DNA of 64,000 nt from Candidatus Saccharibacteria bacterium RIFCSPHIGHO2_12_FULL_44_22 (GTDB lineage: Bacteria > Patescibacteriota > Saccharimonadia > Saccharimonadales > Saccharimonadaceae), in contig MGCS01000002.1 of the NCBI GenBank assembly GCA_001790515.1, forward strand, positions 48,234 to 112,233, written 5' to 3'. Below are positions 29,164 through 37,568 of this stretch, one piece after another (the stretch's first letter is position 1; the number at the start of each line of letters is the position of its first letter). Below the pieces are notes generated by a model. It had not been told where the DNA came from. It saw nothing but the letters and a program-made list of their open reading frames with translations, and made no database searches. Both the position numbers and the translations under genes were made by a program.

Positions 29164-30081
29164 TCATCCCACCGCCAAGTAGGCAGCCAGCGTGTGGTTG
29201 GCATGGCGGTCGAGATTCTTGCGAGCCAGGTCATAGCGGTAGGTCGTACGGGGGTCTTCGTGACGGGCACCAGCCTGGACGTCACGCAGTGGCACACCGG
29301 CATCGAGACTGTTCGTGACGTAGGAGTTGCGCAGCAAGTGCGGGTGGACATGCTTGGTGATCCCGGCTCGCTTGGCGAGGGCTTTGACCCAGCGGGCGGC
29401 TGTACGACGGTCGAGTTGTTCTCCACTGGCTCGGCGCAGCAATGAACCACGAGTACGGCCATCGGCAGCATCCCTGAGTGCCAGGTAGACCGACGGGGGC
29501 AATGGTAGGGTTGCGGGCTTGTCGCCCTTCCCCATGATCGACAGCGTCCGGTGGCCTTGAATCTGGCGGTCATGGAAGTCCTCAATCTGGACGTTGCAGG
29601 CCTCTGACACCCGCAGTCCGCACATCGCCATGAGCACGACTAGAGCGTAGCGGGTGGGGTCGGTAGCCCGAGCCTGCTGCAACAGTGCCCCGACTTCATA
29701 CCGATCGAGACCGATCTTCTTCATGTCGTCGACCCATACCTTAGGTAGGCGGACGTGACGAGCCGGGTTGCGGGTAATGAGTTCATCGATCTCGCAGTAG
29801 TCATAGAATGTCTTTACAACATTAAGCCGATGGGCCACTGTCGAGGGGCCGTTGTGGCGGATCTCTTCGAGGTGTCGGCCAAACAACTCAACGTGCACCC
29901 GCTTCACGTCGACCAAGGGGCGTAACTGGTGGTCAAGACACCACCGAACAAAGATCCGCAGGTCGATCTCATACAGGGTGCGGGTGTTGAGATTGCCGTA
30001 GCGAGACAAGAATCCCGCGACCGCCAGGTAGGTGGCATCGTGAGGTGCGACTAGCGTGGAGTCTCCGAAAGGAGTATGCAT
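29164..30081 (-). CDS. tyrosine-type site-specific recombinase/integrase (high GC)
   Basis: Catalytic signature R (GLRVSEA), HxxR (HPHLLRNS), H (ARHEDPRT) and Y (TYRY). I prefer the ATG at 30081 because GC content falls sharply upstream of it. Confidence 0.9.
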   Translation of the reverse strand: MHTPFGDSTLVAPHDATYLAVAGFLSRYGNLNTRTLYEIDLRIFVRWCLDHQLRPLVDVKRVHVELFGRHLEEIRHNGPSTVAHRLNVVKTFYDYCEIDELITRNPARHVRLPKVWVDDMKKIGLDRYEVGALLQQARATDPTRYALVVLMAMCGLRVSEACNVQIEDFHDRQIQGHRTLSIMGKGDKPATLPLPPSVYLALRDAADGRTRGSLLRRASGEQLDRRTAARWVKALAKRAGITKHVHPHLLRNSYVTNSLDAGVPLRDVQAGARHEDPRTTYRYDLARKNLDRHANHTLAAYLAVG

Positions 30082-30318
30082 GAGGGCTTTAAGCCTCCTC
30101 AGTGAGAATCCGGTAATAGTGAATAGAGCCAGCAAGACTCTGTTTTTAAAAAGTGCTCTTTGAATACCTCTCTCTGTATCTACCCACTTCACATAGGCCC
30201 CTCTCTAGGGGTTTGAGGTAGGTACTTAAGTCAAGATACTAGCAGAGGTGGAGCGATCTGCGCTACAGGCTTTCCACACGAAGGTGTAGCGACTGTGGTG
30301 CTTACCGTGCGGAGTGGG

Positions 30319-31773
30319 TCAGAGCCCAGCGGCGGTGAGGTTGGTGACGGTGACCTGCCCGATGCCCTGCTTGGTGCCGACGCCCCCGCCGACCATGAGC
30401 ATCTGCATCCGGTAGACGTAGTCCGCCTGCACGGGGCACACGAACTCGTGAACGATGGTTCCGAGCGGCACGGACTGCTGGGTGTTGAGGTAGCAGAAGG
30501 TGGGGGGGCCGCCGTCCGTCTGTCCGAGCCGCACGACCGCTTGAGTGGGAGCCGTGCCCACGACGGTGAGGAAGTACTTGCATTCCACGCGGTACCGGTT
30601 CCCGGGGATGAATGCCTCTGTGAGCGGCACGACTCCGCTTGTGCTCACCCCGCCGTCCACGGTCTGCGTGACCGTGAACATCTTCCCGACCACGCCAGCC
30701 ACGGTCTCGACGGCGGTGCTCGCAGAGCCGTAGCCGAGCGAGGTCCAGTCCTCGGGCACGAAGCCGCTCTTGACCAGCAGGAGCGGCTTATTGATGAGGT
30801 CGGCCGGAGAGGGCTGCGCGACGGCGAGCGTAGACACGTCAGGCCAGACGGCGGACACCGCGGCGCCGAACGCGAGGCCGACTGCGCGCGCCCCGGCCGC
30901 ATTCCAGTGGGTGCCGTCGCTGTTGAAGGCGGCAGCAATGTAGCCGGTGGCAGGATCGACCACGGCGGCGTAGTTGTCCACGAACAGGTAGCCGCGCTCG
31001 CGGGCCGTGATGCGCTTCCACCGATTGAGGCGCTGGACGTCGGCCGTCGAGGCGGTCGAGGGCGGGATGGAGCAGACGATGACCTTGATCCCGGCGTCGT
31101 CGAAGGCGTCGTACATCGCGGTCAGGGCGGCGATCTGCTGGGCGAGGTTGCCCACGTTGTTCGTGCCGAGCGCGTCCACGGCGGCGTAGGGCGCGGCGGC
31201 GATCACCCCGGCGAGGAAGTTCGTGTTCCACTGCGCGGGCGTGATGGAGGGCGTCGCAGCATGTACGGCGATGTGGTACCGCCCGCCGGCGGCGAGCGTG
31301 GCCCAGCCGACCCAAGAGTGGTTCTCGCAGGGGATGAGCGGGGCGGTCAGGAGGTTGTAGACCCCGACGCCGCCCGCGCCAGTGACGCCGGCCGCGCTGT
31401 TGGAGTCGCCACAGATCGCGAGGCCGCGACTTCCGGCCGGGGACAGGAGGGCGAGTGGGGCGGCTGTCGCAGTCTCGACCCCCTCGGCAATCGTGGCCGA
31501 AAGGGCACCTGCCGTAGCACTAGTATTGTCGTTTATTTTTGCGGCAGTCTGGGTATCCAGGTCAGTGGTATTAAGTTTGGCAGTGAGTGCAGAGGCATCG
31601 GCCTTAGTGGTAAGGGTGTTTTGGATTGAGGTGAGGTCACTTGTAAGGTTTGTTATCTTAGCTTGAGGTATGTCTTTAAGAGTGCCATCGGTTTCGTGAG
31701 CTTGCGATAGGTAGTCATTGAGGATATCTCCCCAATTGCCGTTGTCTCCTCCTGGTTTTGGTAATCTAGCCAT
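30319..31773 (-). CDS. fibre-family protein: conserved MARLP N-terminal module fused to an SGNH/GDSL hydrolase and a C-terminal beta-sandwich-like domain
   Basis: N-terminus MARLPKPGGDNGNWGDILNDYLSQ is shared with four other ORFs. SGNH blocks are CGDSNS, DALGTNN and SDGTHWN. A sharp GC shift lies near 31500 inside the ORF. Confidence 0.75.
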   Translation of the reverse strand: MARLPKPGGDNGNWGDILNDYLSQAHETDGTLKDIPQAKITNLTSDLTSIQNTLTTKADASALTAKLNTTDLDTQTAAKINDNTSATAGALSATIAEGVETATAAPLALLSPAGSRGLAICGDSNSAAGVTGAGGVGVYNLLTAPLIPCENHSWVGWATLAAGGRYHIAVHAATPSITPAQWNTNFLAGVIAAAPYAAVDALGTNNVGNLAQQIAALTAMYDAFDDAGIKVIVCSIPPSTASTADVQRLNRWKRITARERGYLFVDNYAAVVDPATGYIAAAFNSDGTHWNAAGARAVGLAFGAAVSAVWPDVSTLAVAQPSPADLINKPLLLVKSGFVPEDWTSLGYGSASTAVETVAGVVGKMFTVTQTVDGGVSTSGVVPLTEAFIPGNRYRVECKYFLTVVGTAPTQAVVRLGQTDGGPPTFCYLNTQQSVPLGTIVHEFVCPVQADYVYRMQMLMVGGGVGTKQGIGQVTVTNLTAAGL

Positions 31774-31856
31774 GTCTTTGTTTAAACTCTACAATACTCT
31801 CACGTATGTGTGTTATATAAGTGCTTATGTATACGAGTATTAGGGATGTGGGTTTA

Positions 31857-31880
31857 ATTGTCAAGGGAAAGTTTGACAAT
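31857..31880. promoter_or_regulatory. palindromic operator-like site upstream of the island fibre gene
   Basis: ATTGTCAA-N8-TTGACAAT, perfect 8-bp arms, about 85-105 nt upstream of the ATG at 31773. Confidence 0.35.
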
Positions 31881-32217
31881 CAAGAGAGATAAAGTCGTAA
31901 AAGCGTTATACGTACGTTTCATTCGCAGAAAAACAGCCTTCTTGTCAAGATAAACTGGCTAGAAAGCTAGGATGAACGACGGACAGAACGGGCAGGTTCA
32001 TTACGTTGTCATACTGCTTCGGGCTGCTTCGGATGAGTACGCACGCGGTAGTTAGTGTAACAGTAAGAGGTAATAAAATAAAAAGAGCATATCTCAAAAC
32101 AAGGATAATCCAATCCCCTCTACTTCCACTATACGCCTTACGCTTACATAGCGGTAGATGCCGTAGTGCCAGGCTGGGTAGATCACTATAATTTGTATAG
32201 GAAGGGAGGGAAAATAT

Positions 32218-34401
32218 ATGAAGTGGAATAGTAACATAACGCAGGAGGTGTATTGGCAACAAATACACTGGCCTAGCAAAGTGGAGCCAGACGATGCTCT
32301 GCAACTGTTTCGGCATATCGCCGCTGACCACCGTGACCGGGTGGTCGTGTTTGAGGTTCGCAGTGGTACTGACGGTCTTGTCAATTTTTTGGTCGGATGT
32401 GCACGCGGATACATGCCGTATATAAAGCAGCTTATTGAAAGCCATGTCGATGGCACCTTTGTGACATCGCCAACCATCCGTCGCCGTCCCGTTACAACAG
32501 CGCATACGCTGAAGCTAACCAATAAGACGAGGCCGCTGCGCGTGGCCCACTCCAAACTAACCGCTAAATCAATATTGGCAGCCATCGCAGGGGTGAATCC
32601 TCCCGAGCACGCTACACTGCAACTTGTACTCGGTGGCCGGATTCGGCCTGTGGCCGTCCCGACTAGGACGCAGGAAAGTGCCCTCATGCCCTGGTGGCAG
32701 CGAGTACTGTCGACGGATGGCGCGCTTCGGGTTGACCGTGAAAAACGAACGGCCTACCGGGTAAAAGTAGCGGCACCCGGGTTTCGCTGTGCGCTGCGTA
32801 TTGGGATCAGTACGCCGGATAAAGCTCGCCAGACTGACCTGTGCTTGGATCTCGTGGCGGGTGCCAGAACGGCTGAGACCCGCAGTGCCTATGTGAGCGT
32901 CCGGCGGCTCCTTCGGAACAAACGCTTCGATAGTCCGTCGCGGCTACCATACCTAGGCTCCATGCAGCTGAATATTAACGAGCTGCTTGGCTTGTCAGCC
33001 TGGCCACTTGGCAGTGACACCATGCCGGGCCTTAATCGGCGCGGCTTTCGCCTCTTGTACGCTGATCAGACGATCGAGTCGTCGACACGGATTATTGCCC
33101 GCTCCACCGCACCGGGCGATAAGCGTCTACTCGGGCTGAACATCGAAGACGCGCTTCACCACCTCCATGTCCTCGGCCCGACTGGTGTTGGCAAAAGCAC
33201 GCTGCTGCTTAACCTCGCCTGCCAGGACATTGTGGCTGGACACGGGGTCGTTGTGATTGACCCCAAAGGTGATCTGGTCAAAGATATTCTGCGCCGAATT
33301 CCGTCTGAGCGACGTGACGATGTTATTGTGATCGATCCCGCTGATATGACAGCGCCCGTTGGCCTGAACCCGCTGCGGGGGACGGCGGCTGATGAGAAAG
33401 CGGATGTTATTGCTGATCACCTCCTGGCTGTATTCCATGGCTTATATAAGGATGCCTGGGGGCCGCGGACGCAGGATATTCTGCATGCCAGTTTACTGAC
33501 CCTTGCCCTGCAGGAGCATAGTAGCTTGGTGATGTTGCCAGCGCTGCTTACCGACCCCTATTTTCGTCGCAGCTTTGTCGACGAACTGCATGACCCGATT
33601 GCTCTCGAACCATTCTGGCGCTGGTACGAACAGTTGTCACCAGGCGAGCAGCAACAAGCGATTGCTCCGGTGATGAATAAGCTCCGGGCTTTTCTGCTAC
33701 GGCCCCAAGTTCGGGGCGTGATTGGACAAGTACAGCCTCGTTTTACACTCGACGAAGTTTTTAACGGCCAGAAAATTCTGCTCGTCTCCCTCGCCAAAGG
33801 ACTCATCGGTAGCGAGGCGGCGGCCTTACTTGGGTCACTGGTCGTGGCTCAGATTCGTCAGGCTACCCTGGCGCGGGCAGCCCTGCCGAGTGAGGCTCGA
33901 CGTCCGATCACGGTTTTTATTGATGAGTTCCAAGATTATATGCACTAGCCGGATGACCTCGCCGATGTATTAGCCCAAGCTCGCGGCCTTGGTGTGGCGA
34001 TGACGCTCGCCCACCAGCACCTTGACCAACTGACGCCTGCCATGCGGATGGCTGTGTTGGCGAATGCTCGCTCGCGGGTGTGTTTCCAGCTGTCGGCAGC
34101 CGATGCCAGCGTCATCGCTCATACCAGTGACTTACTCCAGCCAGAAGATTTTATAAAGCTGGGCCGCTACGAGGTCTATGCCAGTTTGGTCGGCAACGGT
34201 CAAGTCAGGCCATTTGCCTCTGGCAAAACTTTGGCCTCGCCACCAGTGCTAGGAAGTCACCGACAACTACGCCTCGCTAGCCGGGAGCGCTACGGGCAAT
34301 CCATGGCAGACAGCGAGCTGCGCCTCCTTGAACAGATACAGCCACAACCAACCTATGAGCTCCTTGGGCGTCGCTTACGCTCGACGAAGGAGGCAGCATG
34401 A
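32218..34401 (+). pseudogene. type IV secretion coupling protein-like ATPase interrupted by an in-frame TAG (33946..33948)
   Basis: ORFs 32218..33948 and 33994..34401 are in the same frame. Walker A is LGPTGVGKST, with DPKGD and Walker B-like VFIDEFQDY just before the TAG. The continuation PDDLADVLAQARGLGVAMTLAHQH aligns with the paralogue at 26120. Confidence 0.75.
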
Positions 34402-35243
34402 AACATGATGTCGTGCATCGAACGGAGGCCTCCTTTTCTGCGCGCGATCAGGCGATACTGAGGCGACTGGCCGAGCATCGCTACCTCACCTCTCGGCAGA
34501 TTGAGCGCTTCTTCTTTACTCGCCACCATAGTCCAGCCTCGGCCGCACGGTCGTGTCGCCGCGTCCTGGCACGTTTATATGAGCAACATCTTGTGACGCG
34601 CCTGTCAGTCCGGGCTATTGGCGGCTGGGCAGCGGGTTCAACCGGCTATACCTACCGTCTAGCCCGCCCGGGCTACGAAGCCCTGACGCTGCGGCCAAAT
34701 AATACCGTCACTCGCTCGCCGCTGTTTTTAGAACATACCTTAGCGATTGCAGATGTCAGGCTGGCACTGGAGCAGCTGGCTCGGGCGCAGCGGCTCCAGT
34801 TAGTGGGCGTCGATACGGAACCGAATAACTGGGTATACTATGGCAGTTTCGGGGTGCGCGAAGTCCTGAAGCCCGATCTGTTTGTGGTGACTGCCACCTC
34901 ACCAGAGAGTGACTATGAGGACACCTGGTTTATTGAGCTTGACCGAGCCACCAGTAGCCTGAACGCTGTCCTCCAGAAATGTCGACAATACATTTCGTAT
35001 CGCTTGAGCAGCGAGGCCCGGGCTCGTCCTGGTGGTTTCCCAATTGTTGTCTGGCTGGTGCCAACGAGACGCAGGCAGCGTGAAGTGCAACAGATAACTC
35101 AAAAGTTGCCCCTCTCTCAGCGCGATATTTTTCGAGTTGTACTGAGGCAACAGTTCGCGGCCTACCTGTCTGCGTACTATTCTCTCGGACAGGTTGCGCT
35201 GCAAGCTTCGAACCATCCGAGCATAGCTCGAAGGAGAGTTTGA
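34398..35243 (+). CDS. replication-relaxation family protein
   Basis: Family-typical N-terminus (RDQAILRRLAEHRYLTSRQIERFFF), a central HTLAIADVRLAL, and the KPDLFVV...WFIELDRATSS block. Its start overlaps the upstream stop (ATGA). Confidence 0.7.
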   Translation: MKHDVVHRTEASFSARDQAILRRLAEHRYLTSRQIERFFFTRHHSPASAARSCRRVLARLYEQHLVTRLSVRAIGGWAAGSTGYTYRLARPGYEALTLRPNNTVTRSPLFLEHTLAIADVRLALEQLARAQRLQLVGVDTEPNNWVYYGSFGVREVLKPDLFVVTATSPESDYEDTWFIELDRATSSLNAVLQKCRQYISYRLSSEARARPGGFPIVVWLVPTRRRQREVQQITQKLPLSQRDIFRVVLRQQFAAYLSAYYSLGQVALQASNHPSIARRRV

Positions 35244-35244
35244 A

Positions 35245-35262
35245 TTTTCCTTTAGAGGAAAA
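35245..35262. terminator. short bidirectional hairpin between convergent replication-relaxation genes
   Basis: TTTTCCT-TTAG-AGGAAAA, a 7-bp stem flanked by A/T runs. Confidence 0.4.
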
Positions 35263-35279
35263 ATCAAACTACGGATAGG

Positions 35280-36014
35280 TTATTTAGGAAGCAGGGTTTT
35301 AAACTGGACATCATCACTCCAGGCGTCATCCAGTATTTTTGTGACCCACTTGTCTACTTTTGCCTTCAGTCGCTCATCACGACATAGTAGCAGTACTGTT
35401 GGGTAGAGTGCCTCAGTCGTCCAATTGTCGTTATCGTACCAATCTACATGTTTCGTAATAGTCTTTCTCATGACCGAATCTGGCATCGTCCCATCAAAGC
35501 ATTCCACGAAGTAATGGGTGCGTTCTTTCGTCTTAGCATTTTCAGTAAAGGCATAGCCGTCAGGCAGCGCCTGAGGAAATAACTCATTACCAGCATAGTC
35601 ACTCCTGGTTCTAAACTGGAGTTGTGTGTGTTCTGTACCATAGAGCCCACTCAGCTGCACACTGGCTGCGAGAACACTTAAGCAATGCCGAATAAATCTG
35701 TCGCTGGCATTGCTGTCTTTCGCGAGCAGCTTTAATAGCTTGGTATCATAAACATTGTCCGTCTTTAGCGCATCAATACCTTTAGGAAGTAGATGGTAGG
35801 CGGCTGGTTTGCCAAGTAACTTATAGCTACTGTCATAGCGTTTCCCTATATATTCCTGTTCAGTAAGTATCCGTAATCTTTCATGAATATAGCGACGACT
35901 AGTAGTGCCTGTAGATTGAGTAAAAAGAGCTGTAGTACCGAACCGAAAGCGAGCAAGAAGTCTGAGTATGTCAAGTTGGTGATGGTTGAGTTGTTTGCGA
36001 TTGCTAGAGTGCAT
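35280..36014 (-). CDS. replication-relaxation family protein (second, AT-richer copy)
   Basis: Same layout as 34398..35243: HHQLDILRLLARFRFGTTALF, IRHCLSVLAASVQL, and LPDGYAF...HYFVECFDGTMP. Confidence 0.6.
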   Translation of the reverse strand: MHSSNRKQLNHHQLDILRLLARFRFGTTALFTQSTGTTSRRYIHERLRILTEQEYIGKRYDSSYKLLGKPAAYHLLPKGIDALKTDNVYDTKLLKLLAKDSNASDRFIRHCLSVLAASVQLSGLYGTEHTQLQFRTRSDYAGNELFPQALPDGYAFTENAKTKERTHYFVECFDGTMPDSVMRKTITKHVDWYDNDNWTTEALYPTVLLLCRDERLKAKVDKWVTKILDDAWSDDVQFKTLLPK

Positions 36015-36141
36015 AGAGAAGAGAAAAGTAAGAGTTAAGAGTAGTATTAGTATGTATTATATAGTAAAGCGACTAAATACAATACATGTAACAGATTGAA
36101 TGAAGCTTGTTAACATTCCAACCGGTAGGAATACTAGCTAT

Positions 36142-37158
36142 CTAACTAATCTCAGGAAACAAATCATCACCAGGCAACATAATCCGCTTAAATTGCGGCT
36201 TACTTGGCTTCAGTTTGACGATTTTCTTAGGTCGTTTCTTACCCTCAATGAGGGTTTTGTAGGTAATGTGCCCCGTTGAATACTGGAACCAGTCAGTAAA
36301 GCGCTGCCCATCGTCTTGATCACGGTGATTGTACCTGAACGCAAACTCGGCACAGTATTTTTGTAAATGCTTTTTACTGACGCCAACGTAGATAGCGGAG
36401 AGCGATAGCTTGAAGTGTGCCCAGCTACCTTCTAAGGCATTAGTGCTGATATTGTCGCGAACATACTCACCGCCCGCGTGGTCAACACGCTGACTATCGT
36501 AACCGAGTCTATCTATACTACGATATGGTTGGTAGTTGTCACTCATGACAGTGCTGCCTGGCGTAATATTTTCAGTGATAAGTTTGTGCATAGTTACAGT
36601 ATCTGTGTAGTTCGTGGTGACAAGACGGAGATCACCTTTGCGCTCTAACATACCCACAACCGGTGCTTTGGTGTACATACTACCGCGACCTTGCGTCCCC
36701 TCACTGCGTTTGTTGGCGTGTTTGTTCTTTTCTTTGCCACCAATATACGTTTCATCTATTTCAACGATTGCTGCGAGTAATCCTTTATTACTCGATACTT
36801 CAATACCGTTACGAATACGCTGCAGCATGAACCAAGCGGTCTTTTGAGTAATCTCGAGGTATTTTGCGAGCTGAATGGAGCTAATACCTTTCTTGAGCGA
36901 GGTATTCAGGAATACGGCCCAGAACCATTTGTACAGCGGAACATGACTACCCTCGAAGATTGTGCCAACCGTAGCTGTGAACTGCTTACGGCACGCTGCA
37001 CATTTATACAGTTTCTTATTAGCGAATTGATACGTCTTCATATTACCGCAATGTGGACAGGCGCGTCGTTCGTAATTCTCACCCCAGCGTTGTAGCTCCA
37101 AGAAGGCAATACATACCTCGTCGTTCGGAAACTGTTGCTGTATGGTGAAGATGTTCAT
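36142..37158 (-). CDS. IS1595-family (ISXO2-like) transposase
   Basis: N-terminal zinc ribbon (CPHCGN...CAACRKQF) and a catalytic core with EIDETYIGG, MSDNYQPY and TNALEGSW. The ATG lies 35 nt inside the right inverted repeat. Confidence 0.9.
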   Translation of the reverse strand: MNIFTIQQQFPNDEVCIAFLELQRWGENYERRACPHCGNMKTYQFANKKLYKCAACRKQFTATVGTIFEGSHVPLYKWFWAVFLNTSLKKGISSIQLAKYLEITQKTAWFMLQRIRNGIEVSSNKGLLAAIVEIDETYIGGKEKNKHANKRSEGTQGRGSMYTKAPVVGMLERKGDLRLVTTNYTDTVTMHKLITENITPGSTVMSDNYQPYRSIDRLGYDSQRVDHAGGEYVRDNISTNALEGSWAHFKLSLSAIYVGVSKKHLQKYCAEFAFRYNHRDQDDGQRFTDWFQYSTGHITYKTLIEGKKRPKKIVKLKPSKPQFKRIMLPGDDLFPEIS

Positions 37159-37182
37159 ACTTACAGTATACTACCCCTGTTA

Positions 37183-37207
37183 TGGGTTTGTCAAGTATAT
37201 AAGTGCC
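37183..37207. repeat. right terminal inverted repeat
   Basis: TGGGTTTGTCAAGTATATAAGTGCC is the reverse complement of the left repeat with two mismatches. Confidence 0.8.
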
Positions 37208-37215
37208 TAAATAAT
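37208..37215. repeat. 8-bp target-site duplication, right copy (TAAATAAT)
   Basis: Identical to 25763..25770. Confidence 0.8.
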
Positions 37216-37568
37216 TTAGTTCGACTGATCGGGAGCGACAGGAGTGTTCGTGTTTGTCCTGCCTCTTCTTCGGCGGCTGTCAGACCTAACGCCAAAATAA
37301 TCACCATAACACTACCAATTATCGTAACGCGAATATCGAATAGCTGCGACGCAAGATACGTCGAAAACTGTTGTAGATTCGACAGATCTCCCACTAATCC
37401 CTGAAACGCTGGCGGCATTGTTTTTACTAATTGATCCAGCGATCCGTCTTGATGCATTGCTGGATAAAATGTCACCATCAGCGCAGCCAAAGCTGCGAAT
37501 CCAATCATCCAGCCAAGTATAAACCATCGTTTGTCGTTGATTGTTTTCGAAAACACGCTCGTCATCAT
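37208..37568 (-). pseudogene. ABC-2 type transporter permease, N-terminal half (gene split by the insertion)
   Basis: Its start overlaps the stop of the ABC ATPase gene. The ORF reads into the inverted repeat and stops 5 codons later (RHLYT*). Confidence 0.8.

Larger units (their letters stand above)
25771..37207. mobile_element. IS1595-family-bounded cargo element (11,437 bp) inserted in an ABC-2 permease gene
   Basis: 25-bp imperfect terminal inverted repeats (23/25 by hand), an 8-bp direct duplication, and an IS1595-type transposase next to the right end. The cargo is compositionally mosaic (about 43% to about 70% GC in hand-counted 60-nt lines). Confidence 0.8.

Noticed and set aside
29134-29585. 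ORFs 29134..29445 (+) and 29148..29585 (-) overlapping the recombinase gene
   Set aside because: Same high-GC artefact. The 29164..30081 frame carries the complete R-HxxR-H-Y tyrosine recombinase signature.
30502-30508. G7 homopolymer inside the island fibre gene as a phase-variation switch
   Set aside because: A 7-nt G run is unremarkable in ~70% GC DNA and is shorter than typical contingency tracts. The frame is currently intact.
30295-31629. Long plus-strand ORF (444 aa) and other overlapping ORFs (30302..30583, 30645..30938, 30839..31315, 31382..31666) across the high-GC block
   Set aside because: They are rich in Arg/Gly/Ala/Asp, as expected for out-of-frame or antisense reading of ~70% GC DNA, and have no recognisable motifs. 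The minus-strand ORF carries the SGNH blocks and the conserved family N-terminus.
31814-31824. 11-nt match (TATATAAGTGC) to the core of the element's terminal inverted repeat, upstream of the island fibre gene
   Set aside because: This could be a relic internal IS end. However, it is AT-rich, overlaps a promoter-like TATA stretch, has no extended similarity beyond 11-12 nt, and has no partner repeat or duplication. Chance cannot be excluded without a search.
31945-32687. Minus-strand ORFs 31945..32505 and 32094..32687
   Set aside because: They overlap the strong RBS and start (GGAAGGGAGGG-N8-ATG at 32218) and the N-terminus of the coupling-ATPase gene. They have no motifs.
33946-33948. TAG reassignment (alternative genetic code) as the explanation for the in-frame amber codon
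   Set aside because: TAG terminates well-supported genes both in the element (the 26120..28753 gene) and in the chromosome (rpsT at 61863..61865). TGA also terminates genes (pilO-like), so the standard code applies.
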